Assembly: GCF_006345805.1 (NCBI RefSeq) | Contig: NC_042997.1 | Coordinates: 186,496,001 to 186,560,000, forward strand | DNA length: 64,000 nucleotides | Reading direction: 5' to 3' | Source: Octopus sinensis | Taxonomy: Eukaryota | Shown: piece after piece, positions 36,612-49,940 of the stretch | How the letters are laid out: every line of letters begins with the position of its first letter | Numbering within the stretch: the first letter of the stretch is position 1 | Notes under the pieces: generated by a model | The model's input: only the letters and a program-made list of their open reading frames with translations | What the model was told of the DNA's origin: nothing | The model's database searches: none | Made by a program: the position numbers and the translations under genes

Positions 36612-37502
36612 GTATGCACCACTGACACTGCTAACTTTCCAGCCGTATCTATCTATCATCGCACCACCATCTCCATTCAAACCATTGCTACCAATATCCT
36701 CCCCGCCATACTTACACCCCTTCCTTTCTGTCGCCCCACATTCCACTATTCATACTCAATTCACCCGACCCTGTCTAGGGATCAGCAATGGGTATATAGT
36801 GATGATGTTGGTGACGAGGGGGGTGATGGTGGTGGTGGTGATGGTGGTGGTGGTGGTGATGGTATTGAAAATTTTAATGGCAGTTTTGTTTGTTTGGGTT
36901 TATGGCTATTATCGTTCTTTATGACTAATATATGCAAATTTTATTAATGGAATTCCCAAATGCCTTTGCTTGTATGTTTTGCTTTGTTTTGTTTTTTGTT
37001 GTTTTTTGTTGTTTTTTCGGGGGTGGGGTGAGGTGGGGGGTTGCGTTTAACTCCTACCGAATGGATCTGTTATCATTTCATTCTCGTGGGGTCGATAAAA
37101 ATTCCTTCCTTTCTGTCTTCCTTCTCTTGAGCCCTCGTCTCCTGAAAAAGAGTCGTAGAGGCGCCGTCGTAACTAACATCCGACTTGTCTTCGGCATTTT
37201 TAGACCTCGCTGAATCCTTACCTCTCCACGGACGATTTATTTTCCAGTGAGAAGGAGACAGAGAAAGAGAGTGAGACGAAAACAAAAAAATGAAAAGGGA
37301 AGGACAGAAGGAAGAGAACAGGAATAGATCACTCTGCATAACAATCCTGAAAAAAGCGAAAGGCAAAATTGCCTATGACAGGATTCAGACAAAGTGCACA
37401 GAGACGGTACCGACTCGGCTAATTCGCGGACTCGGCTAATTTGCGGTCTTATGTTGATAAAACCACCCACTATACAATACGATACCAATAGTGATTTAGT
37501 TC

Positions 37503-37752
37503 GTGGAGGCGCGTGGCTTAGTGGTTAGGGTGTCAGCATCATGATCGTAAGATTGTGGTTTCGATTCCTGAACCGGGCGACGCGTTGTGTTCTTGATCAA
37601 AACACTTCATTTCACGTTGCTCCAGTCCACTCAGCTGGCAAAATGAGTAACGCTGCGATGGAGTGGCATCCCATCCAGCTGGGGAACACATACGCCATTG
37701 AAACCGAGAAACCGGGCCCATAAGCCTGGCTAGGCTTTAAAAGGGCGCAAAG
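37503..37752 (+). mobile_element. Family E SINE
   Basis: GTGGAGGCGCGTGGCTTAGTGGTTAGGG (A box), GGTTTCGATTCC (B box), core TTCACGTTGCTCCAGTCCACTCAGCTG, A-rich tail. Confidence 0.85.
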
Positions 37753-39284
37753 AAGAAAGAAAGTGATTTAGTTTACGTCAAGTAGTAAACTGTTGAAGTT
37801 GTTAAGTCGTCGGATAGAAAGCCTTGCGGTATTACTGCTGGTGCTCTGCATTCTGAGTTCAAATCCTACCAAAATCAACTATACCTTCCGGGTCAATTAA
37901 TAAAGTACAAGTCAAGCACCGGTCCTCTCCCTCCCTTTAGTTTCTCAGAATCGGCTGGCTTTATGCTATAAGAAAAGACATAGCAATCAACTCATGGCAT
38001 GAGTTCTTCTTCGGAAATAGATAAGATATGATTTAGAGGAGACGACCTGAAACTGTAATATTTTCTTTAGTAGCCACAAATTCTTGTAGAGATAAAAATA
38101 CAAAACTTTCGAAGAGGGTTAAAGAAAGAATAACCGAAACTTGAGTGTGTAATTATACAGAGTAACACATCCATCTATAAGACAGATAGGTATGTTTGTA
38201 TATATATATATACATGCATATTTGCACGGAAATAAAGTACAATAAAAGAATTTTTTTTCTTTCTTCTGAACAATAGCTGAAAATTTGTGGGGATGGGCTT
38301 GTAGATCACATCGTCTCTGAAAGAACGAAAGCCAAAGTTGACTTCGATGATTTTAAACGCAGAACGTAAAGCAGGAAGAAATGCCGGTAATCATTTTGCC
38401 ACCTTGAAAAAAAAATATGCACTAATTAATACAAAATATAATTTTAAAAAATAAGTCGTGAAAGATTTTTCTAGGTAGACTGAGTTGGGTATTCTACGGC
38501 CTTGTTCACTTCATTATTTTCCAGATTGTGTCTGAGTACAATCAAATGTAACCACTGAGTTTTTTTTTAAGATATTGTATGATGAAACACGCACCATCTT
38601 CAGAATATTCTTTTTTTAAGTTCGATATTTTAAAATTTTACTAGTAACATATCATTTACGTGTTGTTTATATTCTAAATTCAAATGTTGTTGGGTCATTC
38701 TAACTTCTTCAGAGAGTACGTGGCACGAGTGATGGGTGATTTTGTCAATTAAGTGATTGTTTGATTTTCGAAGGACGATGTACTTTAGTCCATCATCGTT
38801 CTTTTCATTTCCGTTGTTATCTTCTTGAGAAGAATTTTGTTGTCATTTAAAAGAATTTGCTCTTCTTCACATGTCGCTATCGTATTTTTTTTATGTTGAA
38901 TCTTTTATCTATATTTTTTTCTTTTCCCTTTCGTATTTTCATCTGTAAGTGATTCTTCCTCGCTGCACGATGACGACGCGGTATTACAGGTTGGTACACT
39001 TAAGAGACGAGATGTTTGCTCATCTATTTGTGATACGAGACCTAAAGATGTTTCCTTCAATATTCCTAGAAGTTTTGACAAGTGGTGCTCTGGAAACTGG
39101 AATCATTTTGGTTTTTACTATTCTTCATTATTTTCATTGTCCTTGATTTTGCTTAATCCTTTAATGGCATTCATTCTGCACCATGTATTCATCTCTCTTC
39201 TCCAAAACTCGAAAGATCGTAGGTGTTGCCCTTCCCTCCTTCATTATGTAGTTAAAAAAAAAGAAAAGCTGTTCTTTCTACTAT

Positions 39285-40075
39285 AAACACAAGGCCTGAA
39301 ATTTCAGGGAAGGGGACTCGCTGGTTACATCGATCCCAGTGTTCAACTACTCCCTATTTTATAGACCTCGAAAGGATGAAATACAAAATTGACGTCGACT
39401 GTATTTGAACACAGAACGTAAAAGCGGAAGAAATACTGTTAAGCCTTTTCTTTTTTGTCCGGTGTGCTAATGATTCTTATTTCTATATTGCTCACAAGGG
39501 GCTAAACATAAAGGAGACAAACAAGGACAGACAAAGGGATTAAGTCGATTACATCGACCCCAGTGCTCAACTACTCCCTATTTTATAGACCCCGAAAGGA
39601 TGAAAGGTAAAGTCGACCTCGGCGGGTTTGAACTCAGAACGTAATGGCAGACGAAACACCTACTTTTTTCCTACCCACATGGGGCTAAACACAGAGAGGA
39701 CAAACAAGGACAGACAAACGAATTAAGTCGATTATATCGAACCCAGTGCGTAACTGGTACTTATTTAATCGACCCCGAAAGGATGAAAGGCAAAGTCGAC
39801 TTCGGCGGAATTTGAACTCAGAACGATGCGGCAGAAGAAATACTGCAAAGCATTTCGCCCGGAGTGCTAACGATTCTGCCAGCTCACCGCCTTCTAAATC
39901 ATTATATTTAACAGATCTATGAGGGGGAAAGCCGATTACATCGAACCCATTGCTCAACTGATACTTATTTTATCGACCCCGAAATGATTAACTTGTACTC
40001 AGAATGTAAAGACGGAAGACATGCCGCTAACATTTTTGCATAGCGTACTAATGATTCTGCCAGCTCCCCGCCTTT
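39285..40075 (-). mobile_element. Cluster of family A/A' SINEs, including a dimer (39476-39892)
   Basis: Junction at 39653, head at 39837 (period 184). Older degenerate copies on both sides. Confidence 0.88.
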
Positions 40076-40514
40076 TACACAGATAAGTAATTACCAAGTG
40101 ATAATAGTAGAATACCGAGGGAGAGTTTCCGGGTATTTTGCACCCATTTATCTTTTAAAAGAAATCTTTCATGTAGTAATGTAGCTCTAGATGAAAGTCA
40201 TCCATAAATTCACATAAAACCAAATTATCAGAGAATTAATTCTCCAACAAAAGGCCGCGTCCTGTCCAAAAGATTAAGGACATTTTCCGCCCACATTTTC
40301 ATTTTTGTTAGCATGTTTTTGAACTGGAATAACTAGCCAGCAGAGAAGGATAGTACTTAAAACTAACAACAGGAACAACTAAAGCAATGACAACAACAAC
40401 AACTAAAACAACAACAACAACAGCAACAGCCCCAGAAGCTTAAAAATCTGACAAGTCAATGAGGAAAACTTCCTCTATGTAATCGTTTTTATAATTTATT
40501 ACTACGAATGAATT

Positions 40515-41081
40515 ACTGCTTAATTGCTCTTACACACGCACACACACACATATATACACACGCACGCACGCACGCACACACACACACACACACATGCACG
40601 CACACGCACGTACAGACACGCATATTAACACTCGTGCGTGTGCATACACACATACACAAACACACACAGACATGCAAGTACCCACACATACATACACACA
40701 TGCACGCACCCACACACACACACACACGCACGCACACACACACATTCACGCACACACACACACACGCACACGCACGCACGTACAGACACGCATATTAACA
40801 CTCGTGCGTGTTCATACACACATACACAAACACACACAGACATGCAAGTACCCACACATACACACACACATGCACGCACGCACACACACACACACACACA
40901 CGCACGCACACACACACATTCACGCACACACACACACACGCACACGCACGCACACGCACGCACAGACACGCACATTAACACTCGCGCGTGTGCATGCACA
41001 CATACACAAACACACACAGACATGCAAGTACCCACACATACACACACACACACACGCACGCACACATACACACACACACAC

Positions 41082-41118
<37 letters not shown>

Positions 41119-42480
41119 ACACACACGCACGCACAGACACGCACATTAACACTCGCGCGTGTGCATGTACACATACACAAACACACACAGACATGCAAGT
41201 ACCCACACATACACACATGCACGCACACACACACCCACACAAACACAAGCGCACGCACAGACACGCACATTAACACTCGNNNNNNNNNNNNNNNNNNNNN
41301 NNNNNNNNNNNNNNNNNNNNNNNNNNNNNNNNNNNNNNNNNNNNNNNNNNNNNNNNNNNNNNNNNNNNNNNNNNNNNNNATTATCAGAGAATTAATTCTC
41401 CAACAAAAGGCCGCGTCTGTCCAAAAGATTAAGGACATTTTCGACCACATTTTCATTTTTGTTAGCATGTTTTTGAACTGGAATAACTAGCCAGCAGAGA
41501 AGGATAGTACTTAAAACTAACAACAGGAAACACTAAAGCAATGACAAAACAACAACTCTAAAACAAACAACAACAACAGCAACAGCCCCAGAAGCTAAAA
41601 AATCTGAAAGTCAATGAGGAAAACTTCCTCTATGTAATCGTTTTTATAATTTATTACTACGAATGAAATTACTGCTTAATTGCTTCTTACGCACGCCACA
41701 CACACATTATACACACGCACGCACGCACGCACACCCACACACACACACATGCACGCACACGACGTACAGACACGCATATTAAACTCGTGCGTGTGCATAC
41801 ACACAACCCAAACACACACAGACATGCAAGTACCCACACATACATACACACATGCACGCACCCACAACACACACACACACGCACGCACACACACCACATT
41901 CACGCACACACACACACACGCACACGCACGCACGTACAGACACGCATATTAACACTCGTGCGTGTTCATACACACATACACAAACACACACAGAATGCAA
42001 GTCCCCACACATACACACACACATGCACGCACGCACCACACACCCACACACACACGCACGCCACACACCACACATTCACGCCCACACACACCACGCACAC
42101 GCACGCACACGCACGCACAGACCGCACATTAACACTCGCGCGTGTGCATGCACCACATACACAAACACACACAGACATGCAAGTACCCACACATACAACA
42201 CACCACACACACGCACGCACAATACACACACACACACACCCGCACAACACACACACACCCACACACACACACACGCACAGACACGCACTAACACTCGCGC
42301 GTGTGCATGTACACATACACAAACACACACACATGCAAGTACCCACACATACACACATGCACGCACACACACACACACACAAACACAAGCGCACGCACAG
42401 ACACGCACATTAACACTCGTGCGTGTGCATACACACATACACAAACACACACAGACATGCACGTACCCATACATACACAC
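40515..42480. repeat. CA-rich minisatellite (~170-180-bp units) on both sides of the gap
   Basis: ACAGACACGCA(T/C)ATTAACACTCG...ACATGCAAGTACCC recurs at 40611, 40781, 40961, 41132 and after the gap. Confidence 0.9.
41280..41379. other. Assembly gap (100 N)
   Basis: Run of N. Confidence 1.
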
Positions 42481-42734
42481 AAACCTTTGTTTAATATCAC
42501 ATCCATCACGAAATTTCGCACTGACCAAAGATGAAGACCCAGTACCATAAATCGGCCTCCTAGAAACAGCAGCTAATGAGGGTGGGGCACTCTATAGTCA
42601 TCTGACCTGCTAACAATCAATTGTAACTCAGTCACAACGTCACAGGTTCGTGGGGAGAGTCTTACTCGATTATATCAACCTCCGTGTTTGAGCGGTACTT
42701 TACTTTATCGGCACCGGAAAGATAAAAGACAATA

Positions 42735-44230
42735 GGCGTAGGAGTGGCTGTGTGGTAAGTAGCTTACTTACCAAACACATGGTTCCGGGTTCAGTCCCAC
42801 TGCGTGACACCTTCGGCAAGTGTCTTCTACTATAGCCTCGGGCTGACCAAAGCCTTGTGAGTGGATTTGGTAGATGGAAACTGAAAGAATCCCGTCGTAT
42901 ATATATATATATATAATATAATATATATATATATATAAACTTTTAAAAACAAACTGGGGAGGAAAGAGACGGAACGAAGTGAGATTCGAAAATCGAAAAT
43001 TCAAACGAACCCGACGCGAAGGGCTGTCAGACAATAGTGTGATAAATAAAATATGCATACATACAAACATATATGTACGTACCGACATCTACATGTATAT
43101 ATACATGCATATTTAATATATATACGTACAGGACACCACAAGAGACGTAAAAATCAACAGAAACGAAAACGGAAAAGCCATTTTGTTCCAACAGAAGGAC
43201 AGAGACATGGAACAAGACGGAAACGAAAACGGGAAAACCATTATATAACAGCAGAAAACGAAGTAGCAGGACATGCTGCACAGGAAAATCCCCTTCATCA
43301 CTGTCGCTAGCAGACATAGCGTGTTTCGAAGGCAGACAGGACACGTCTGTCATGCTAGGCCTTCCACGAGAGAATTAAAATAAAATAAACCTCGTAGAGG
43401 GGTAAAACGAGCAAGAAAAAATGTAACACACAAAAGGGACGTAACAAACAACTGCACAAAAAAATACAAGAAAAAAATACAAAATTAAAGATACATGTAA
43501 AAGAAAATACAAAACGAGAATTAAATTACAATACGAGAAATCAAATAAACAAGAGAACAAAAAACGAAAAGACGAACGAAGCCTTGCTCTGGCGGAGACG
43601 AGAAGGTAACTGGCGAGCGCTGGAAAAATGACTTAGGGCCTAAATGCAACAGGCGAAAGGATTAGCAGTGACGAAAGTGAGGAGTGGGAGAGAGAGAGAG
43701 ACAGATAGAGGAAGACACGCGGCTAGAGAGAAAGGTGAGGCAGAGAGAGAAAGAGAGAGGGGAAGGCAAAGCAAAGGGAGAGAATTTCGCGTCATTGTAG
43801 TAAACTGTAAAGCAAACTGGGAGGAAAGAGACGGAACGAAGTGAGAATTCGAAAAATCGAAAATTCAAACGAACCCGACGCGAAGCGCTGTCAGACAATA
43901 GTGTGATAAATAAAATATATGCATACATACAAACATATATGTACGTACCGACATCTACATGTATATATACATGCATATATAAAAATATATATATATATAC
44001 GTATGTATGTGTACGTGTGTGTATATGTTTGTGTCTGTGTTTGTCCACCCAACATCGCTTGACAACCGATGCTGGTGTGTTTACGTCCCCGTAACTTAGG
44101 GGCTCGGCAAACGAAACCGATAGAATAAGTACTTGGCTTACAATGAATAAGTCCTGGGGTAGATTTGCTCGACTAAAGGCGGTGCTCCAGCATGGCCACA
44201 GTCAAATGACTGAAACAAGTATAAGAGAAA
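42735..44230 (+). mobile_element. Family B SINE with a ~1.07-kb element nested in its central (TA)n
   Basis: Head/core at 42735-42900; the remainder resumes at ~44005 and ends in the standard tail. Confidence 0.9.
42937..44003 (-). mobile_element. ~860-bp-unit terminally redundant non-coding element, copy 1
   Basis: GGAAAGAGACGGAACGAAGTGAG at 42961 and 43823; ~195-bp terminal direct repeat. Strand given for the T-rich strand. Confidence 0.85.
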
Positions 44231-44414
44231 AGACAAAGAGAAAAAAGTGGAACCACGAATTGATTTAAACTGAAAACGTAAATAAACGTTGCTAAATACA
44301 GGGCAAATTATCTGATACTCTTAACGATTCTACCATTTCATCACTCTTGATCTGCTGATACTGGCAGCCAAAGTTCACCCTACCTTCTTAAGTAATAAAG
44401 ATATTAGATAATAG

Positions 44415-44571
44415 GTACAGACGTGACTGTGTGGTAAAAAGTTTGCTTCAGAACCTCGTTGTTTCAGACTTCAGTCCCACTTGGGCCAGTGCCTTCTGCT
44501 CCTACCTCGGGTTGATCACAACCTTGTGAGTGGACCTGGTTGATGGAAGCTGAAAGACGGATATATATATA
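44415..44571 (+). mobile_element. Degenerate family B SINE head/core
   Basis: GTGACTGTGTGGTAAA...TTCAGTCCCAC...CTTGTGAGTGGA...GAAGCTGAAAGA. Confidence 0.7.
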
Positions 44572-44573
44572 GG

Positions 44574-44768
44574 ACGCCATGGTAGATCGTTAGCTCCTAC
44601 ACGCATTTTTTTTCTCTCTCCTTGTTTTTTTCTGTGTATCTTTCTGTCGAAGAGCGTAGACTCGAAACGTAAAAGACTTTTTCTATTCTTGAGCGCTATA
44701 CTAATACATTTGTTTGTTTGTACTCCACCTGCCTTCGTCTTTTGTTTATTTTCGTAAACTTTCCCTTT
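44574..44768 (+). mobile_element. Family F element (hammerhead-like motif at 44639-44676, core CUGUCGA)
   Basis: Reverse-orientation homologue of 14628-14834. Confidence 0.85.
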
Positions 44769-44838
44769 ATATATATATATAATTTAATTTTGGTGAGTGG
44801 ACCTGGTTGATGGAAGCTTAAAGACGGATATATATAAC

Positions 44839-45019
44839 ATATATTATTTGTTATTTATGTTTCGGTTTATGTCTATCACTGTTTGAGTTGCATAATAGTG
44901 GTTTTGTTTCTAATTTATATTATATATATGTATAATATAAATTAGAGACAAAACCACTATTATGCAACTCAAACAGTGATAGACATAAACCAAAACATAA
45001 TAAATAACAAATAATATAT
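44839..45019. repeat. Near-perfect ~85-bp-arm palindrome
   Basis: Arms 44839-44924 and 44931-45019, with about 2 substitutions and one 3-bp indel. One arm resembles 63640-63720. Confidence 0.92.
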
Positions 45020-45420
45020 ATTTTTATAAAACATATAAGTAGATCTCAAAAAGTATAAAAATGAATGATCAATATATAATAAGTAAAATATATATAATTT
45101 AATTTAATTTTGGTGCTGTAAAGTACCAGTTTCGCTAAAAATAGGAGTCAAATAAACCCCTAAGCCACGTAGAGCTCACTTTAAAAAAGCATGGTGAAAG
45201 GCGGGTGGTGAATAAAAATTTTCTGTCTTACCTCTGCGAAGATCGCGAGGAAAAATGGCAGATAAATTAGAATCGATTTCTGGAATTTTGCCAGGGACCA
45301 CTTGTCTTTCATCAGTTAAGTCCACTGCAAACAATGCCAAAATTTTAAAAAGTATTAACCTCACCATGCTTGCTTGTTCCGAAACGAACTAAGTGAATAA
45401 TTATATATATATATATATAC

Positions 45421-45475
<55 letters not shown>

Positions 45476-45516
45476 CGAGAGAGAGAGAGAGAGAGAGAGT
45501 GAGAAAGAGAGAGGGG

Positions 45517-45563
<47 letters not shown>

Positions 45564-45744
45564 TTTTCTTGTAAATAATATTGATGGCGATCAAAAACAT
45601 GAACTGTGCAGGCAAGTACATAAAAATATATTTGTGTGTGTGTGTGTGTGTGTGTAGTGTGTGTGTGTGTGTGTGATTAGAATAAAATATGTTTGTCACA
45701 TAGTTCAACTGCTAAAAAGTAAATATATTGCAGTTACCCTGTAG

Positions 45745-47119
45745 AAAAAGTCCGGCATACTACGATAAAATTCATAGGGCAGACCATCCAGCCCCGGCAA
45801 CATATCCCCGCCGCATTCAGCCAGAATCACCTTGACCTCCTCAGCTGTGATCACCCCTTCACAGCATTCCACCTTCCATGTCGAGAGTCACAGCCCGCCG
45901 GCTCCCCCTCCCCCTTAGGGGATCCCCACGATCCGTCGCATCGCTCTCCCGAACAACCCGGCGAAATGCTGGTGAAAAGCTATTCGCATCTCCTCCTGTC
46001 CTTCGATCTTACAACCCCGCTCGTCAATTAAAGACATTATAGAGGCTTCTCTGCCTCTACGACTCTCCACACGACGAGCTCATCCGGCAACGTTAATACC
46101 CTCTCTCCCCACTGCACATAACTTAGCCCTGACTCTACACCCTTCGTGTTTGACTTTGAGGTGGCGGAACAAGACCGCCCTCGCCGCCGTCATTCTAGGT
46201 GCAGAGCCAGATTCCATGGCCTTGTCTAGTTCATTAACAAAATGCCCTTCTATTTTAGTCTTTTCTAAACTTAGCTGTTAACTAAATCTAACAGACTCCG
46301 ATCGAATGGCTCATTTGAAGGCGCACCACCATCTATTATTGATGATGGCGTCACATAATGCCCTCTGAACTAATTCCTTAACCTGAGCACGAAAGCCTTT
46401 ACAAGTCAAAATAGATATGTTCAGCTTCCAGTACCCTGGTCCCTGTCTATGACACTTATCTAGGTACACCTTACGTCACAAATTTGTGATCCGTGTAAGG
46501 GACACAGCAGAAGCGTGGACAACTAAAAGTATCCTTATCTCTAATAAATGTTCAATCTAGATAAGACCTGTGTGAGCCGTCGTTATTAGTCCACGTCCAC
46601 TGTAACGGTCTACTAAGTTGTAGCTTGTTAGTAGCCTTTTGAGACCAGGATTTCCCCTTTTATTTGCCGAGCCAACACTATCCACTCGTGCATCGAGAAC
46701 AGAGTTAATGTCTCCTATTAAAACTAGAGTCTTAGACGTCACCAAGAAATTCTCCAAGTCCCGAAAAAAACCCAGCTTGTCTACACTCCTTAGAAACATA
46801 GACAGCTACCACCCTGAAGGACAGCTTACTTACATGTGTCACATCTAGGACGACCTTCTGGGTCCAGAAAGACTATACTTACCTGTACGTCCAAGCTTCT
46901 TCTGAATAAAACCACCACGCCCGCGCCGCCCCAACGACTAGGAGAAATAAATTTCTCATAGCCACTAAGAAGAGGCGAGAACGCATGTGGCTCATTCAAC
47001 TTGGACTAAGTCACCACACATATATCCAAATCTAGAGACCTGAGGTCATTCCGGAGACAGATTTGTTTTCATTTCGACCCCAAGTCACGTACATTTATAC
47101 ACCCTACTTTAATCTCCAT
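45745..47119 (-). pseudogene. Tx1/L1 ORF2 remnant: APE endonuclease through the start of the RT region
   Basis: MEIKVGCINVRDL, DICVVT*SKL, GGAGVVVLFR, LVLIGDINSVLD, WTNNDGSHRSYLD, YTDHKFV, GPGYWKLNISIL, PGLDGLPYEFY. Stops and frameshifts throughout. Confidence 0.92.
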
Positions 47120-48940
47120 GAAAGAATTTAAAAGGAGAAAGAAAATTACATTTTACGTTTTGAGGAGGGGCTGTACTAATTCGGCAATCTCTTCCTCCTT
47201 TTCTCTCTGAGGTGCAGTCTCTGGGTTACAGTCCAGTTTCTTCTGGGTCGCTTCATTTGTTATGTCCAAAATATCGTCCGGATATCTCTTTTTAATTGAC
47301 TCGCCTATTATTTTTGCCATCAGAATATTAGCCGGCATGTCCGGCATTCATTTATATACGAACGCTCCCAGGTGACCGGCCAAAACTTAAGCTATTACTT
47401 TTTTTTTTCGTTAAACTTGACATAATTTTCTTTTTGTTGGGCGGGGGTTGGTCGAGGATTTCAATTTGGGAGTGAAATGGGGAATTTTTTCTTGTGTGCC
47501 TGAGTGTGTGCTTATTGCTTTCTTTGTTTGGGGAGGGGAATCAGGGGCTGAGGCTTTTTTTCTTTTAAGTGTCACTACAGTATAGTCCATTTCTTCTGGT
47601 TGGTTTCCCTGAGCGCCATCCTGTGTTTTGTTTTCTTCTTTGTCTGCCTTTTCTGCTTTTTTCACCTCTTCTTTGTTGGTCTTGTTCCTTTCTTTTTCTT
47701 TTTGGGGAAAGACAATTTTTTTTTCTCGGCCTTTTCCATATTTTCCCCTCCCCCTTGCTAGTTTCACTACTTTTTTTCTTTTCGAGGAGAGACGTCTGCC
47801 TTTTTTGTTTTTTCGTTTTTACTTTTTCATAGTTTGACCTTAAATTACCTTTCCCCTCACATCTCGGCCTTCTTACTTCTACCGAGACTCGGGCACTTAG
47901 TCCCTCCCCTATGAAAATTCTGTCCGGCCTCGATTCTAATATTTCGTTTGGGGCCCGTATCAAAACCGCCAACGTTTGGCCTCTCTCCTCATCTATAATA
48001 TTGTAATCTCATCCTCTGCGTCATAGATGACCGCCGCAGCCAGCCATTACACCTCATACCCAGTTGGTATCTCTTCAATAGTGATTTTCGCCGTCCTTCT
48101 TCCTAGGTATGTTGGAAGCAGGATTATTTCCTCGTTCTTCAAGGTCTGTGATGAAACTTGTTTCGCCGTTTCGGCATCTTTAAAGTTGCGCCTCTACTGT
48201 AGCGCTTCGAACTTCTCTTTCTATATATACAATTTTACCCCATATGGGCGCCAGGCATTTTTCAACAGTTTCGTTTTTGGTGGGCGTGATTTTTTTCCCT
48301 TTCTACAGTAAACTTTATAAATTACCATTTTTGCTGACAAATTCTGTACTATCTCCTGTGGTGGCACCAGCTTAGTATCATTTAGTATCATTTCCGGTTT
48401 CTTTTTTTTTTAGGTTTCGAAAACTGAACAATTGTTCTCTCGAAAAATTCATTTCCGTGAAGTTACCTCCGACGGCTGCTGAGAAACTTGGTTTTTCACT
48501 AACATTTTCTTTTCCAGTATCTCCTTTCATTGCAAGAAAAGTCTTCATTTGGCTTTAAGTCAAACTCCATATTTTCAAACAGGTTTATTGTCTTACAGAC
48601 AAACACGTAGAAAAAATAAATTTTTTGTCACAAATGACAAAAATGAAAAAATATATTTCAACAGGCAAAGTTCACAAAAAATTAACAATTTTTTGCCCCG
48701 TAGAGCGAAGACACCATTTAAACGATGACAAAAGTTCAATCCAAACAGGAATCCACAAAGTAAAAACAGTATAACAAACAGCAAAAAACCACCAACAAAA
48801 TGAAAAACTGACAATAGCAAAAATTCCAGCAGCAGATGTATCTAAGAGAGGCAGCTCTGAAGGAACTAAATAAAGCTGGTAGCTTTATATATAATTCAGT
48901 CAACAAGTTGACTGATTTGCGCTTGTAGATCGCCCGATCG
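45745..48940 (-). mobile_element. Decayed L1/Tx1-clade LINE: 5' region, ORF1 and first third of ORF2
   Basis: ORF1 remnants (LLPTYLGRRTAKITIEEIP, VEVRRPRC knuckle-like, Lys-rich tail) and clear ORF2 motifs (see next feature). Confidence 0.85.
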
Positions 48941-48975
48941 GGGTAAATAATATGTATGTATGTATGTATATATAT

Positions 48976-49940
48976 GTCTTTTTGTGGTGTCCTGTACGTA
49001 TATATATTTATATATGCATGTATATATACATGTAGATGTCGGTACGTACATATATGTTTGTATGTATACATATATTTTATTTATTACACTATTGTCTGAC
49101 AGCGCCCGCGTCGGGTTCGTTCGAATTTTCGATTTTTCGAATTTTCCCTTTGTTCCGTCTCTATCCTCCCAGTATTGTTTTATAGTTTAATATTATGACG
49201 CGAAATTCTCTCCCTTTGCTTTGCCTTCCCCTCTCTCTTTCTCTCTCTCCCTCTTCTTCACCCTTCTCTCAGCTGCGTGTCTTCCTCTATCTGTCTCTCT
49301 CTCACTCCTCCTCACTTTCGTCACTGCTATCCTTTCGCACGTTGCTCTCAGGCCCTAAGGTCATGTTTCCCAGCGCTCGCCAGTTACCTCTTCCGTCCCT
49401 GCCAGAACAAAGGCCCTCGTTCGTTTTTTTCGTTTGTTCTCTTGTTTTTTTTTTATTTCTCGTATTGTATTTTATTTCTCGTTTTGTATTTTCTTGTACA
49501 TGTATTTTTAATTTTATATTTTTTTCTTGTATTTTATTGTGCAGTCCTTTGTTACGTCCCTTTTTGTGTTACATTTTTTCTTGCTTGTTTTACCCCTCTG
49601 CGAGGTTATTTTATTTTAATTCTCTCGTAGGAAGGCCTTGCATGGACAGACGTGTCCTGTCTTGCCTTCGAAACACGCTATGTCTGCTAGTGACAGCTGA
49701 TGAAGGGGATTTTTCCTTGTGTAGCATGTCCTGTACCTCGTTTTTCTGTTGTACTTAATGTTTTTCCTGTTTTCGTTCTCGTCCTTCTGTTGTAACAAAA
49801 TGGCTTTTCCGTTTTCGTTTCTGTTGAGTTTTACGTCTTTTTGTGGTGTCCTGTACGTATATATATTTATATATGCATGTATATATACATGTAGATGTCG
49901 GTACGTACATATATGTTTGTATGTATGCATATATTTTATT

